Shown here: one piece after another, positions 8,925-17,544 of the stretch | How positions within the stretch are numbered: position 1 is the stretch's first letter | Layout of the letters: every line of letters begins with the position of its first letter | Origin: an uncultured Acetatifactor sp. | GTDB taxonomy: Bacteria; Bacillota; Clostridia; Lachnospirales; Lachnospiraceae | Assembly: GCA_947589505.1 (NCBI GenBank) | Contig: CANQCF010000002.1 | Coordinates: 3,045-67,044 of the forward strand | Length of the DNA: 64,000 bases | Direction: 5' to 3' | The notes under the pieces: model-generated | Seen by the model: only the letters and a program-made list of their open reading frames with translations | What the model was told of the DNA's origin: nothing | Database searches by the model: none | Made by a program: the position numbers and the translations under genes

Positions 8925-10235
8925 GTGAAAATTCCGGCGATTGACTTTGAAAAATATGCGTCCCTGGAAGAAGGAAGCTATTACCGGAAGTTCGGGAGAG
9001 TGATGAACGTTGTGGGACTCACCATCGAATCCGCCGGTCCGGAGGCAAAACTTGGGGACGTGTGCGAGATCTGGCCGGGCGTGGAGGGGGCAAAGCCCGT
9101 TCCCGCCGAGGTTGTGGGCTTTAAGGACGGAAGGACGCTTCTGATGCCCTTTGACACCGTGGACGGCATCGGCGCGGGAAGCGCGGTGGAGAATACGGAA
9201 AACCCGCTGACCGTAACGGTCAGTGAAAAACTGCTGGGAAAAACCCTGAACGGCCTGGGGATCCCCATGGATGGCTCCGAGATAAAGGGAAAGCGTTATC
9301 CTGTGGAGGCTAAGGCGCCGGATCCCATGAGCAGGACCATTATCGACGCGGTGCTTCCCCTGGGGGTGAAAGCGGTGGACGGCCTGATCACCCTGGGAAA
9401 GGGACAGAGGATCGGCGTATTCGCCGGCTCCGGCGTGGGAAAGTCCACTTTGATGGGGATGTTTGCAAGAAACACCAAGGCGGATATTAATGTAATCGCG
9501 CTGATCGGGGAGCGGGGCCGTGAGGTGCGGGAATTTATAGAGAGGGACCTCGGAGAAGAAGGCATGCGGCGCAGCGTGGTGGTGGTGGCCACATCCGACC
9601 GGCCTGCGCTGGAGAGGAACAAGGCCGCGAAGACGGCAACCGCCATAGCGGAATTTTTTCGGGATCAGGGAAAGGATGTGCTTCTGATGATGGATTCCCT
9701 GACCCGTTTTTCCATGGCCCAGAGGGAGATCGGACTGGCGACAGGGGAGCCCCCCGTGACGAGAGGGTATCCCCCCAGCGTGTACTCCGAGATGCCAAAG
9801 CTCCTGGAGCGCGCGGGCAGGAACGACAAGGGCTCCATCACGGGCCTTTACACGGTCCTGGTGGACGGCGACGACTTCAACGAGCCCATAGCCGATACGG
9901 CGAGAAGCATTCTGGACGGGCATATTGTTCTGGACAGAAAACTGGCCCATAAGAACCATTACCCTGCTGTGGATGTACTGCAGAGCATTTCAAGGTGCAT
10001 GAGCACCATCGACTCAAAGGAGCACAAGCAGGCCGCGGGAAAACTGCGCAGTGTGCTGGCCACATACAATGAGGCGGAGGATCTGATCAATATCGGCGCC
10101 TATAAGTCCGGCAGCAATCCGGAGATCGACTATGCGGTATCGAAGATCCAGGCGGTAAATGAGTTTCTGTGTCAGGAGACCGACGAGAAATTTACTTTCG
10201 AAGAGAGCGTGGATCTGCTGGCCGGGCTCTTTTGA
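8925..10235 (+). CDS. fliI: flagellar export ATPase FliI
   Basis: GQRIGVFAGSGVGKST Walker A, LIGERGREV, DSLTRF. Confidence 0.97.
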   Translation: MKIPAIDFEKYASLEEGSYYRKFGRVMNVVGLTIESAGPEAKLGDVCEIWPGVEGAKPVPAEVVGFKDGRTLLMPFDTVDGIGAGSAVENTENPLTVTVSEKLLGKTLNGLGIPMDGSEIKGKRYPVEAKAPDPMSRTIIDAVLPLGVKAVDGLITLGKGQRIGVFAGSGVGKSTLMGMFARNTKADINVIALIGERGREVREFIERDLGEEGMRRSVVVVATSDRPALERNKAAKTATAIAEFFRDQGKDVLLMMDSLTRFSMAQREIGLATGEPPVTRGYPPSVYSEMPKLLERAGRNDKGSITGLYTVLVDGDDFNEPIADTARSILDGHIVLDRKLAHKNHYPAVDVLQSISRCMSTIDSKEHKQAAGKLRSVLATYNEAEDLINIGAYKSGSNPEIDYAVSKIQAVNEFLCQETDEKFTFEESVDLLAGLF

Positions 10236-10291
10236 TGCAGAGAAAGTGAGAATCTGCCGGCCGGGCTCTTTTGACACAGAGGGCTGGCCGG
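10213..10291. repeat. 39-bp-period duplication of the fliI 3' end including the stop codon
   Basis: ATCTGCYGGCCGGGCTCTTTTGAYRCAGAG at 10213 and 10252. Confidence 0.85.
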
Positions 10292-10341
10292 ATGGCGTAT
10301 AAAGCCGGGAAAAGGTTCCCCAGGCGGAAAAGGGGTAAAAG

Positions 10342-10812
10342 ATGGCGAGATTCCGGTTCCCCATGCAGAGCATCCTGGATATCAAGTATAAGCTGGAAAC
10401 TCAGGCAAAACAGTCTTTTGCGGCCGCCCAGGCGGCGCTGCTGGCGGAGGAGGAGAAACTGGAGAACCTCCGGGAACGAAAGGCGGGGTATGAGGAAAAG
10501 GCCAGAAGCCTTCTCTCCGGCAGTCTGAACGTAATGGACATCGAGGAGAATAAGACGGCCATCATCGTGATGGACGGTTATATAGCCGAACAGACCAGGG
10601 AAGTGGAACTGGCCCGGAGAAAAGTGGAGAGACGCCGGGAGGATATGGCGGATGCCATGCGGGAGAGGAAGACTTACGAAACCCTGCGGGAAAACGCTTT
10701 TCAGGAATTTCTGACCGAGGAAAACCGGGCGGAGGGCAAGACGGTGGATGAACTGGTCAGCTACACTTACGGGCAGAAGAAACAGGCGGAAAACAAAAAG
10801 ACAGAGACATAA
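10342..10812 (+). CDS. fliJ: flagellar export chaperone FliJ
   Basis: MARFRFPMQSIL start, coiled coil, C-terminal EGKTVDELVS; follows fliI. Confidence 0.9.
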   Translation: MARFRFPMQSILDIKYKLETQAKQSFAAAQAALLAEEEKLENLRERKAGYEEKARSLLSGSLNVMDIEENKTAIIVMDGYIAEQTREVELARRKVERRREDMADAMRERKTYETLRENAFQEFLTEENRAEGKTVDELVSYTYGQKKQAENKKTET

Positions 10813-10852
10813 GTAAGGATACCGGACCCGGGAAAGACGAGGAAAAGGGAAT

Positions 10853-11728
10853 ATGGCAAAAAATAAGAGCCCCGAAGAGACGGCTGCAGCAGAAGAAAAA
10901 AAGAAAATTACAGAAGAAAAGCAAAAGCTGAAGGCGGAGCAGAAGGAGCAGCGAAGGGAGGCAAAACGCCGGGCAAAGGAGATCTCCCGCAAGGAGAATG
11001 AGCTGGCGGAAGAAAGGGAGAGCAACGGAATGGTTACGTTCCTTGCCACCCTGTTTATTGTCATTCTCTGGATCGCCGTGGTCTGCGTCATCGTAAAATT
11101 GGATATCGGCGGATTCGGCAGCACCGTTCTGAAGCCGATCCTGGAGGATGTGCCTGTGGTCAATAAAATCCTGCCGGGAGTCCCTCTGACGGAGACCAAT
11201 GACCCGGAGAGTTACGGGGGCTATACCAGTCTGCGGGACGCGGTGGAACAGCTGAAAACTTTGGAACTGGAAATTGACCGCCTGCAGACGGTGAACCAGA
11301 CCAAGGACGAGCAGATCACGCTTCTCTCGGCGGAGGTGCAGCGCCTGAAGGAGTTCGAGGACAAACAGGTGGAATTCCAGAGGATCCGCACGGAATTTTA
11401 CGAGGAAGTGGTGTATGCCGCCAACGGTCCCGGAGCGGAAGAGTACCGTAAATATTATGAAGAGATGGATCCCGCATCGGCGGAGTTTTTGTATAGACAG
11501 GTGATCCTCCAGCTTCAGGAATCCCAGGAAATACAGGATTATGCCTCGGCATATTCCCAGATGAAACCCAAGCAGGCCGCCGCCATTTTTGAGGATATGG
11601 AGGACAATCTCCAACTGGTTGCAAGGATTCTGAAGACCATGAACGCGGAGAGCAGGGGGAACATCCTGGGGGCCATGGATCCGGAGATCGCCGCGAAACT
11701 CACAAAAATTATGGATCCGGAGTCTTAA
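10853..11728 (+). CDS. MotE/YlxF-like flagellar protein (TM, coiled coil, MgtE_N-like domain)
   Basis: YSQMKPKQAAAIF and ILGAMDPEIAAKLT motifs; position between fliJ and fliK. Confidence 0.8.
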   Translation: MAKNKSPEETAAAEEKKKITEEKQKLKAEQKEQRREAKRRAKEISRKENELAEERESNGMVTFLATLFIVILWIAVVCVIVKLDIGGFGSTVLKPILEDVPVVNKILPGVPLTETNDPESYGGYTSLRDAVEQLKTLELEIDRLQTVNQTKDEQITLLSAEVQRLKEFEDKQVEFQRIRTEFYEEVVYAANGPGAEEYRKYYEEMDPASAEFLYRQVILQLQESQEIQDYASAYSQMKPKQAAAIFEDMEDNLQLVARILKTMNAESRGNILGAMDPEIAAKLTKIMDPES

Positions 11729-11752
11729 TCCTTTCCTAATTTATGCCGATAA
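11726..11752 (+). promoter_or_regulatory. sigma-28 (FliA/SigD) promoter upstream of fliK
   Basis: TAAT-N15-GCCGATAA versus consensus TAAA-N15-GCCGATAA. Confidence 0.7.
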
Positions 11753-11812
11753 ATAAATTGATGCCGGATTGTAAGGGACCGGCATGAGATTATTGAGAAA
11801 GGAGGGAAACGG

Positions 11813-13189
11813 ATGATCACAGCGAATGTGAAGGACGCAGGCGCGGCGACGCTGGTGAATCTGGCACCGGGATCTTCCGGAAAAGTGCAGGCGTCAGGCG
11901 GCGCGGACAGTTTTCAGGACATCCTGAACAAGCAGACGGCCCCCACGGATTCTGCAAAGCGGCCCGGACGCGCGGAAAACGGCAGGAAGCCGGCGACAGA
12001 GAAGACGGACGACGGCAGACAGCGGGTTTCGCGCAGGAATCGCACCGGGGATGTGGAACCGGAGAGCGGGACTGCGGATCAGGCGCAGGAGCCGGAGGAA
12101 CTTTCCGAGGAAACTCTGGATGCCGTGAAAGAGGCCGCAGCACAGCTGCTCTTCCAAATGGCGGACGCTTTCGGCATTTCAGTGGAAGACCTGCGGGGCA
12201 TGATGCAGGAGATGGGAATCTCGGACGCAGAACTTCTTCTGCCGCAGCAGCTTAGCGATCTGATCCTGGAGGCAGGCGGCGCGGAAGGATCCTTTGAACT
12301 GGTGACGGATGGGGAACTGTACGAGAAGTTCCGCGGCCTGATGGAGACCCGGGAACAGCTCGCGGGAGAGATTGCATCAGGAGCCGGTATGAAACCGGAG
12401 GAACTGCTTCAGAAACTCCCGACCGGAACAGCGGCGCTTCCTTTGGAAACGAGGATACCTGAGGACGCGGTGGAAACGCCGGAAACGGAGCCCGGAGCCG
12501 GAGAAGAGACCGGCGGGGAACTGCAGATCCCTGATATTTCGCAGGATGCGGCGCGGACAGAAGAAAGCGGGGAGAACGCGGAAAACAGATCCCGTCAGGA
12601 GTCTTCCGGGAGAGAGCAGAGGGAGTTCTTCGGGAATTTTGAAAACAATCCTCTGATGGGACCGACAGATCCGGATGCGGCGGTTTATGAGATGCGGACG
12701 GAGACCGTTTCGCAGGCTATGGACGCGGATACCCAGAACATCATGCGTCAGATCCTGGATTACATGAAAGTCCAGATACGGCCTGAGACCACGAGCCTGG
12801 AGATGCAGCTGCATCCGGCGAGCCTTGGCACATTACAGATTCAGCTTGCCAGCAAGGGCGGCGCGGTGACAGCGCAGTTTATCGCCGAGAATGAAGCGGT
12901 GAAGGCGGCGCTGGAAAACCAGATGATCCAGCTTCGGGAAAATTTCGAAGAACAGGGCATCCGCGTGGAGGCCATTGAGGTTTCCGTGCAGACCGGAAGA
13001 TTCGAGCAGTCCTATGAAGAGCAGGAGAGAAACGGCGAAGAGCGGCAGTCATCCCGCGCAAGGACCGGCAGAAGGCTGCGGCTGGACGCACGGACGGCGC
13101 TGGAGCAGACAGAGGATCTCACCGATGATGAGAGGCTGGCGGCGGATATGATGGCGGCAAACGGCGGAACCGTGGACTACATGGCGTAG
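11813..13189 (+). CDS. fliK: flagellar hook-length control protein FliK
   Basis: Low-complexity N-terminal region; C-terminal LHPASLGTLQI...LRENFEEQGI domain. Confidence 0.9.
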   Translation: MITANVKDAGAATLVNLAPGSSGKVQASGGADSFQDILNKQTAPTDSAKRPGRAENGRKPATEKTDDGRQRVSRRNRTGDVEPESGTADQAQEPEELSEETLDAVKEAAAQLLFQMADAFGISVEDLRGMMQEMGISDAELLLPQQLSDLILEAGGAEGSFELVTDGELYEKFRGLMETREQLAGEIASGAGMKPEELLQKLPTGTAALPLETRIPEDAVETPETEPGAGEETGGELQIPDISQDAARTEESGENAENRSRQESSGREQREFFGNFENNPLMGPTDPDAAVYEMRTETVSQAMDADTQNIMRQILDYMKVQIRPETTSLEMQLHPASLGTLQIQLASKGGAVTAQFIAENEAVKAALENQMIQLRENFEEQGIRVEAIEVSVQTGRFEQSYEEQERNGEERQSSRARTGRRLRLDARTALEQTEDLTDDERLAADMMAANGGTVDYMA

Positions 13190-13309
13190 GGTGCGGAGCT
13201 GTCCGGGAGATTGCAGAAAAAACGGTTTTTGAAAGAAAACCGGAGACAGCATCAGTTTCGACAGTATTCAGGCAGACGCCTGAAAACAAAAAAGAAAGGA
13301 GAAGAGAGA

Positions 13310-14056
13310 ATGGCAGTTGTGCAGGTAAAAGACGGCGAGATCGTGGAGAGCGCGACACAGAGTTCGCTTACGAACGCCAAGAAGAGCAACGGGATGGACA
13401 AAGACGCGTTCCTTCAGCTGCTTGTGGCACAGATGAAATACCAGGATCCCCTGGAGCCCACGTCCAACACAGAGTACATTTCCCAGTACGCACAGTTCTC
13501 CCAGGTAGAGCAGCTGCAGAATATGGCGGGCAGCATGGCGCTCCAGAGGGCAAGCGGACTGGTAGGACAGGAGGTTATCATCGAGACCACGACTTCCGCA
13601 GGAAAGACGCTGACCGTACAGGGCAGAGTGGATTACGTGACATACGAGAACGGAAAGGCGTTCCTCTCTGTGAACGGAAACCTTTATTCCATGGATGATC
13701 TGAAGAATGTGGTGGATCCGATTTATCAGGCGGCCTTTGACAAGGCGGTGGATTACGTCGGCAGGATCAACAAGCTGCCCAGTCTGGAAAACCTGGCGCT
13801 GAGCGACGAGGAGACGGTGAACGGCTTAAACAAAGAGTATGAGGAGATGTCCGATTACGAGAAGAGCTTTATCGCGCAGGAGGTTCGGGATCAGCTGAAG
13901 AAGTACACCGAGAAGATCCAGGAGCTGAAAGGCCAGGCCGAAATGGAGGGGAAAGACAAGACGGAGGACGTCCCGAATACGGAAGAGCCCGGGGAAACGG
14001 ATCAGACCGAGGGAGAGGACAATGCCGGAAGCGACGGGGATACAGTAGAAGCCTGA
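13310..14056 (+). CDS. flgD: flagellar hook-cap protein FlgD
   Basis: FLQLLVAQMKYQDPLEP and QYAQFSQVEQ motifs; AAGGAG RBS. Confidence 0.95.
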   Translation: MAVVQVKDGEIVESATQSSLTNAKKSNGMDKDAFLQLLVAQMKYQDPLEPTSNTEYISQYAQFSQVEQLQNMAGSMALQRASGLVGQEVIIETTTSAGKTLTVQGRVDYVTYENGKAFLSVNGNLYSMDDLKNVVDPIYQAAFDKAVDYVGRINKLPSLENLALSDEETVNGLNKEYEEMSDYEKSFIAQEVRDQLKKYTEKIQELKGQAEMEGKDKTEDVPNTEEPGETDQTEGEDNAGSDGDTVEA

Positions 14057-14094
14057 CGGAGCGGGCGGCAGCATGAGAGAGGGAGCTTGAGAAT

Positions 14095-14502
14095 ATGGAT
14101 ATTCAGAAAAACGCATTCCTTTCCATCGAGCAGCTATCGGACCGGTACTTAAATGCCGGACAGGGAAGTCCGGTAAAGAGCCGGACGGCACAGGAGCTCT
14201 CCTTCAGACAGGTCCTGGAACAAAAGAGCATCGCAGGGCAGAGCGCGGAACAGCTGCGTTTCTCAAAGCACGCTGCGGTGAGACTGAAGGACCGGGGGAT
14301 CGAGCTTTCAGACGACCAGATGGAGCGCCTGAGCGACGGTGTGAAAAAGGCCCAGAGGAAAGGGATCAGGGATTCGCTGGTGCTGGTGGATGAGCTGGCA
14401 TTCATCGTCAACATTCCGAATCAGACGGTGGTGACGGCCATGGACAGCCGGGAAGCGGATGAAAATGTATTCACAAATATCAATGGAGCGGTCATAAATT
14501 AA
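14095..14502 (+). CDS. TIGR02530-type flagellar operon protein, function unknown
   Basis: LRFSKHAAVRLKDRGI, KGIRDSLVL, VVTAM, NVFTNINGAV motifs; sits between flgD and flgE. Confidence 0.88.
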   Translation: MDIQKNAFLSIEQLSDRYLNAGQGSPVKSRTAQELSFRQVLEQKSIAGQSAEQLRFSKHAAVRLKDRGIELSDDQMERLSDGVKKAQRKGIRDSLVLVDELAFIVNIPNQTVVTAMDSREADENVFTNINGAVIN

Positions 14503-14551
14503 ACCGGACCCGATGTGGAGGTTATCTCCCTCCGAATGACAGAGGAGGGAG
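14502..14551 (+). ncRNA. candidate two-hairpin cis-regulatory RNA in the flgE leader
   Basis: AACC-GGA-CC-CGATGT-GG-A-GGTT followed by CTCCCTCC-GAATGACAGA-GGAGGGAG (perfect 8-bp stem). Confidence 0.5.
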
Positions 14552-14582
14552 GCCCGCTCCGTAAAAAGGAGGATAAACAGCT

Positions 14583-16331
14583 ATGATGAGAGCACTTTTT
14601 TCTGGTGTGGCAGGACTGAGAGCCCATCAGACAAAGATGGATGTAATCGGCAACAATATCGCGAACGTGAACACTACGGCGTATAAGTCCAGTTCCATGG
14701 TGTTCAGCGATCTGATGAGCCAGACAACCCAGCGCGCCAGCGGCGCAAACGCCGTTACCGGCACCGGCGGAACCAACGCCCGGCAGATCGGTCTGGGCGT
14801 GAAGACCGGTGCCATCAGCATTAACGTTGAGGGACAGGGCGCAAGCCAGTCCACGGGTTACGGCTTCGACATGATGATCAACGGCAACAATTTCTTCGTA
14901 GTGAGCAACGGCTCTGAGAACTTCTTTACCAGGGACGGTTCCTTCTATGTGGACGGCAGCGGCAACCTGGCCATGGCCAGCACCGGTTATAACGTCATGG
15001 GCTGGGGCGTGGACGAGGAGACCCAGACGATCCGCCAGGATACGGTGACTCCCCTGCGCGTCATGAGCGAGGCAAACCTGACCTATCCCCCTGAGTCCAC
15101 TACAAAGGCCTTCATGAGCGGCATCCTGGATGAGAACGACACCAACGTGACCAGCGCCAGCGGCAAGGCGGTGACCTTAAACTTCTACGACAAGCTTGGA
15201 TACGGTTATACGGCAAAGTTTATCTTCAAACAGTCAGACGATCCTCACAGCTACAGCCTGGAGCTGGAGAAGATCACGGGCAGCGACGGGAAAGAGCTGG
15301 ATCTCACCGGCTTAACCTTCGGCACGGAGGGAAATTCCCAGGCGAAAAAGACCACGGTCTCCTTCAACAGCGAGTCCTTCCAGTGGGATACAGCAAACAA
15401 GAGGCTTACCAATGCGGACGGCACCCAGACCTTGGCGGGAGTAACAGAGATGTTCGACGGAGATACGCTGAAGGATCTGGACGCGGAGATCACGGTGGGA
15501 GACGCGACCATGACCGTCCGGGATTCCCTGGATGCTATCGCCAAGGCCCACGGCTTCGAGGGTTCCACGGAGGAGTTCTTGAACCTTTATGTGACAGAGG
15601 CAGATCCCGAGGAGGGTGCGGAGCCCAGGAAGATCTCTGTGGAGGAGATGCTTAAGAATCTTGCGAACGACGAAGATGAGAACGCCTTCCCCATGCTGCC
15701 GAACGCGGAAACCGAGGAAACCAGCTTTGAGGCGGACGGGCGCTTTTACGACGGCGTGAACATTGCCTTCAGCGATGAAAACGGCAAGTTTGCAGGCATC
15801 GGCGGCGTCGCCCAGCAGACCACGGCAGTGCTGGGACTGTCGGCTCTGGGCGTGAACTTTACGGATGTCGAGGTGGATTTTTCCACGATGACCATGTTCA
15901 ACAACAACGGCACTTCCACCGTGGGCGCCACCAGCGGAGACTTACAGGGTATCGGTTCCGGCCGCGCCCTGGGAAAGATGATCGGCATCTCCACCCAGGA
16001 CAACGGCATGATCTACGCGAACTACGACAACGGTATGACAAAGCTGCTGGGACAGATCGCCACGGCTTCCTTCCCGAACGTATCCGGTCTGGAGAAGGCG
16101 GGCGACAACCTGTTTAAGGCGACCCTGAACTCCGGCGACTTCGACGGCATCGGCGTGGATGTCACCGCCGGGGGCGGCTATATCTCCACCGGCCAGCTGG
16201 AGATGAGCAACGTGGATCTGGCACAGGAGTTCACCGAGATGATCACGACCCAGAGAGGTTTCCAGGCCAACAGCCGTATCATTACGGTTTCGGATACCCT
16301 GCTTGAAGAACTTACCAATTTGAAGCGTTAG
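14583..16331 (+). CDS. flgE: flagellar hook protein FlgE
   Basis: MDVIGNNIANVNT, FTRDGSF, LEMSNVDLAQEFTEMITTQRGFQANSR. Confidence 0.95.
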   Translation: MMRALFSGVAGLRAHQTKMDVIGNNIANVNTTAYKSSSMVFSDLMSQTTQRASGANAVTGTGGTNARQIGLGVKTGAISINVEGQGASQSTGYGFDMMINGNNFFVVSNGSENFFTRDGSFYVDGSGNLAMASTGYNVMGWGVDEETQTIRQDTVTPLRVMSEANLTYPPESTTKAFMSGILDENDTNVTSASGKAVTLNFYDKLGYGYTAKFIFKQSDDPHSYSLELEKITGSDGKELDLTGLTFGTEGNSQAKKTTVSFNSESFQWDTANKRLTNADGTQTLAGVTEMFDGDTLKDLDAEITVGDATMTVRDSLDAIAKAHGFEGSTEEFLNLYVTEADPEEGAEPRKISVEEMLKNLANDEDENAFPMLPNAETEETSFEADGRFYDGVNIAFSDENGKFAGIGGVAQQTTAVLGLSALGVNFTDVEVDFSTMTMFNNNGTSTVGATSGDLQGIGSGRALGKMIGISTQDNGMIYANYDNGMTKLLGQIATASFPNVSGLEKAGDNLFKATLNSGDFDGIGVDVTAGGGYISTGQLEMSNVDLAQEFTEMITTQRGFQANSRIITVSDTLLEELTNLKR

Positions 16332-16337
16332 TAACTC

Positions 16338-16366
16338 TTGTCATATTCTGCTTGATGTGCTATAAT
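16338..16366 (+). promoter_or_regulatory. near-consensus sigma-A promoter after flgE
   Basis: TTGTCA, 17-bp spacer ending TGc, TATAAT; overlapped by the inverted repeat TGTCATATT/AATATGACA. Confidence 0.75.
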
Positions 16367-16388
16367 ATGACAGGAAAGAGCGGCGCAG

Positions 16389-16420
16389 AGGGACGAAAAG
16401 CTTCTTTTCGTCCCTTTTTC
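16389..16420 (+). terminator. intrinsic terminator between flgE and flbD
   Basis: AGGGACGAAAAG-CTT-CTTTTCGTCCCT, 12-bp stem followed by TTTT. Confidence 0.8.
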
Positions 16421-16533
16421 TCTGTTGTTTCGAGGCGGGATGCGGCCGGCGGACCTGCGAAAAGCGGGGGCGCGGCTTTGCGGATGGCACGGAAAAAACA
16501 ATAATTTTGTAAGACAAAGGAGGTTCGGAGAAT

Positions 16534-16716
16534 ATGATCGAGGTTACAAAGCTGAACGGCGTGAAGATCCTTGTGAACCCGGATCTCTTTGAAGTTGTGG
16601 AGGAGACACCGGACACGGTGATCACTCTGACCACCGGAAAAAAAATTATTGTAAAAGAAAGTAGACAAGAGCTAAAGAATCTAGTAAAATCGTATAGAAA
16701 GGATATTTTTGCTTAG
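16534..16716 (+). CDS. flbD: FlbD/SwrD family flagellar protein
   Basis: MIEVTKLNG...VEETPDTVITLTTGKK; AAGGAGG RBS. Confidence 0.92.
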   Translation: MIEVTKLNGVKILVNPDLFEVVEETPDTVITLTTGKKIIVKESRQELKNLVKSYRKDIFA

Positions 16717-16752
16717 CCTTTACATACCGCGGCAAAATACAGGTGATTTGCT

Positions 16753-17544
16753 TTGGATATCGCGTCTTTGCTTGGAGTGATTATTGGATTCGTAATGCTG
16801 GTATACGGTATTTTTGACGCTACCGGCTCCGTTGCGGGAGTTTTGAGTTATATGGATTTCCCCTCGGCGCTGATCACCTTCGGCGGATCCTTTTCGGCGA
16901 CACTGGCGTCTGTCAGACTGCAGGAATTCGTGGCGGGCCTGAAGAGTTTTTCACTGATCTTCCGCACGCCCACGCTGAACACGCTGGATATGATCAACAA
17001 GATTATCGAGCTCTCCAACGTCGCCAGGAAGGGCGGGCTTTTGAGTCTGGAGGAGGCGGCGGCCGACATGGAGGAGCCGTTCTTAAAGAAGGGCATTTTC
17101 CTCATTGTGGACGGAACGGATCCGGAGCTGGTCCGGGCGATCATGGAGACAGAACTGACCACTACGGAGGGACGGCATAAGAATCTGATCGGGTTCTGGG
17201 AAACTCTGGGGGCCATGGGTCCGGCCTGGGGTATGATCGGTACCCTGGTGGGCTTGATCAACATGCTGAACAACTTGAATGACGCCGATGCCATAGGACC
17301 TTCCATGGCGGTGGCGCTGATCACGACGCTGTACGGCTCCCTGCTGGCAAACTGGATCTGCATTCCGGTATCAAATAAATTGAAGGCGGCAAACGCGGCG
17401 GAGATGATGCAGAAGGAGATCATGATCGAGGGCCTTCTCTCGATTCAGGCGGGCGAGAACCCCCGGGTGATCGAGGAAAAGCTGAAGTCCTTCATCGCTC
17501 CCAGGGAGCGCGTCAACCCGGAGCCGGCGGGAGGTGAAGAGTAA
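16753..17544 (+). CDS. motA: flagellar stator protein MotA
   Basis: ARKGGLLSLE, PAWGMIGTLVGLI, ALITTLYG, GENP motifs. Confidence 0.95.
   Translation: MDIASLLGVIIGFVMLVYGIFDATGSVAGVLSYMDFPSALITFGGSFSATLASVRLQEFVAGLKSFSLIFRTPTLNTLDMINKIIELSNVARKGGLLSLEEAAADMEEPFLKKGIFLIVDGTDPELVRAIMETELTTTEGRHKNLIGFWETLGAMGPAWGMIGTLVGLINMLNNLNDADAIGPSMAVALITTLYGSLLANWICIPVSNKLKAANAAEMMQKEIMIEGLLSIQAGENPRVIEEKLKSFIAPRERVNPEPAGGEE

Noticed and set aside
16339-16372. Invertible promoter
   Set aside because: Only 16 bp lie between the 9-bp repeats, too short for typical site-specific inversion, and no recombinase is nearby
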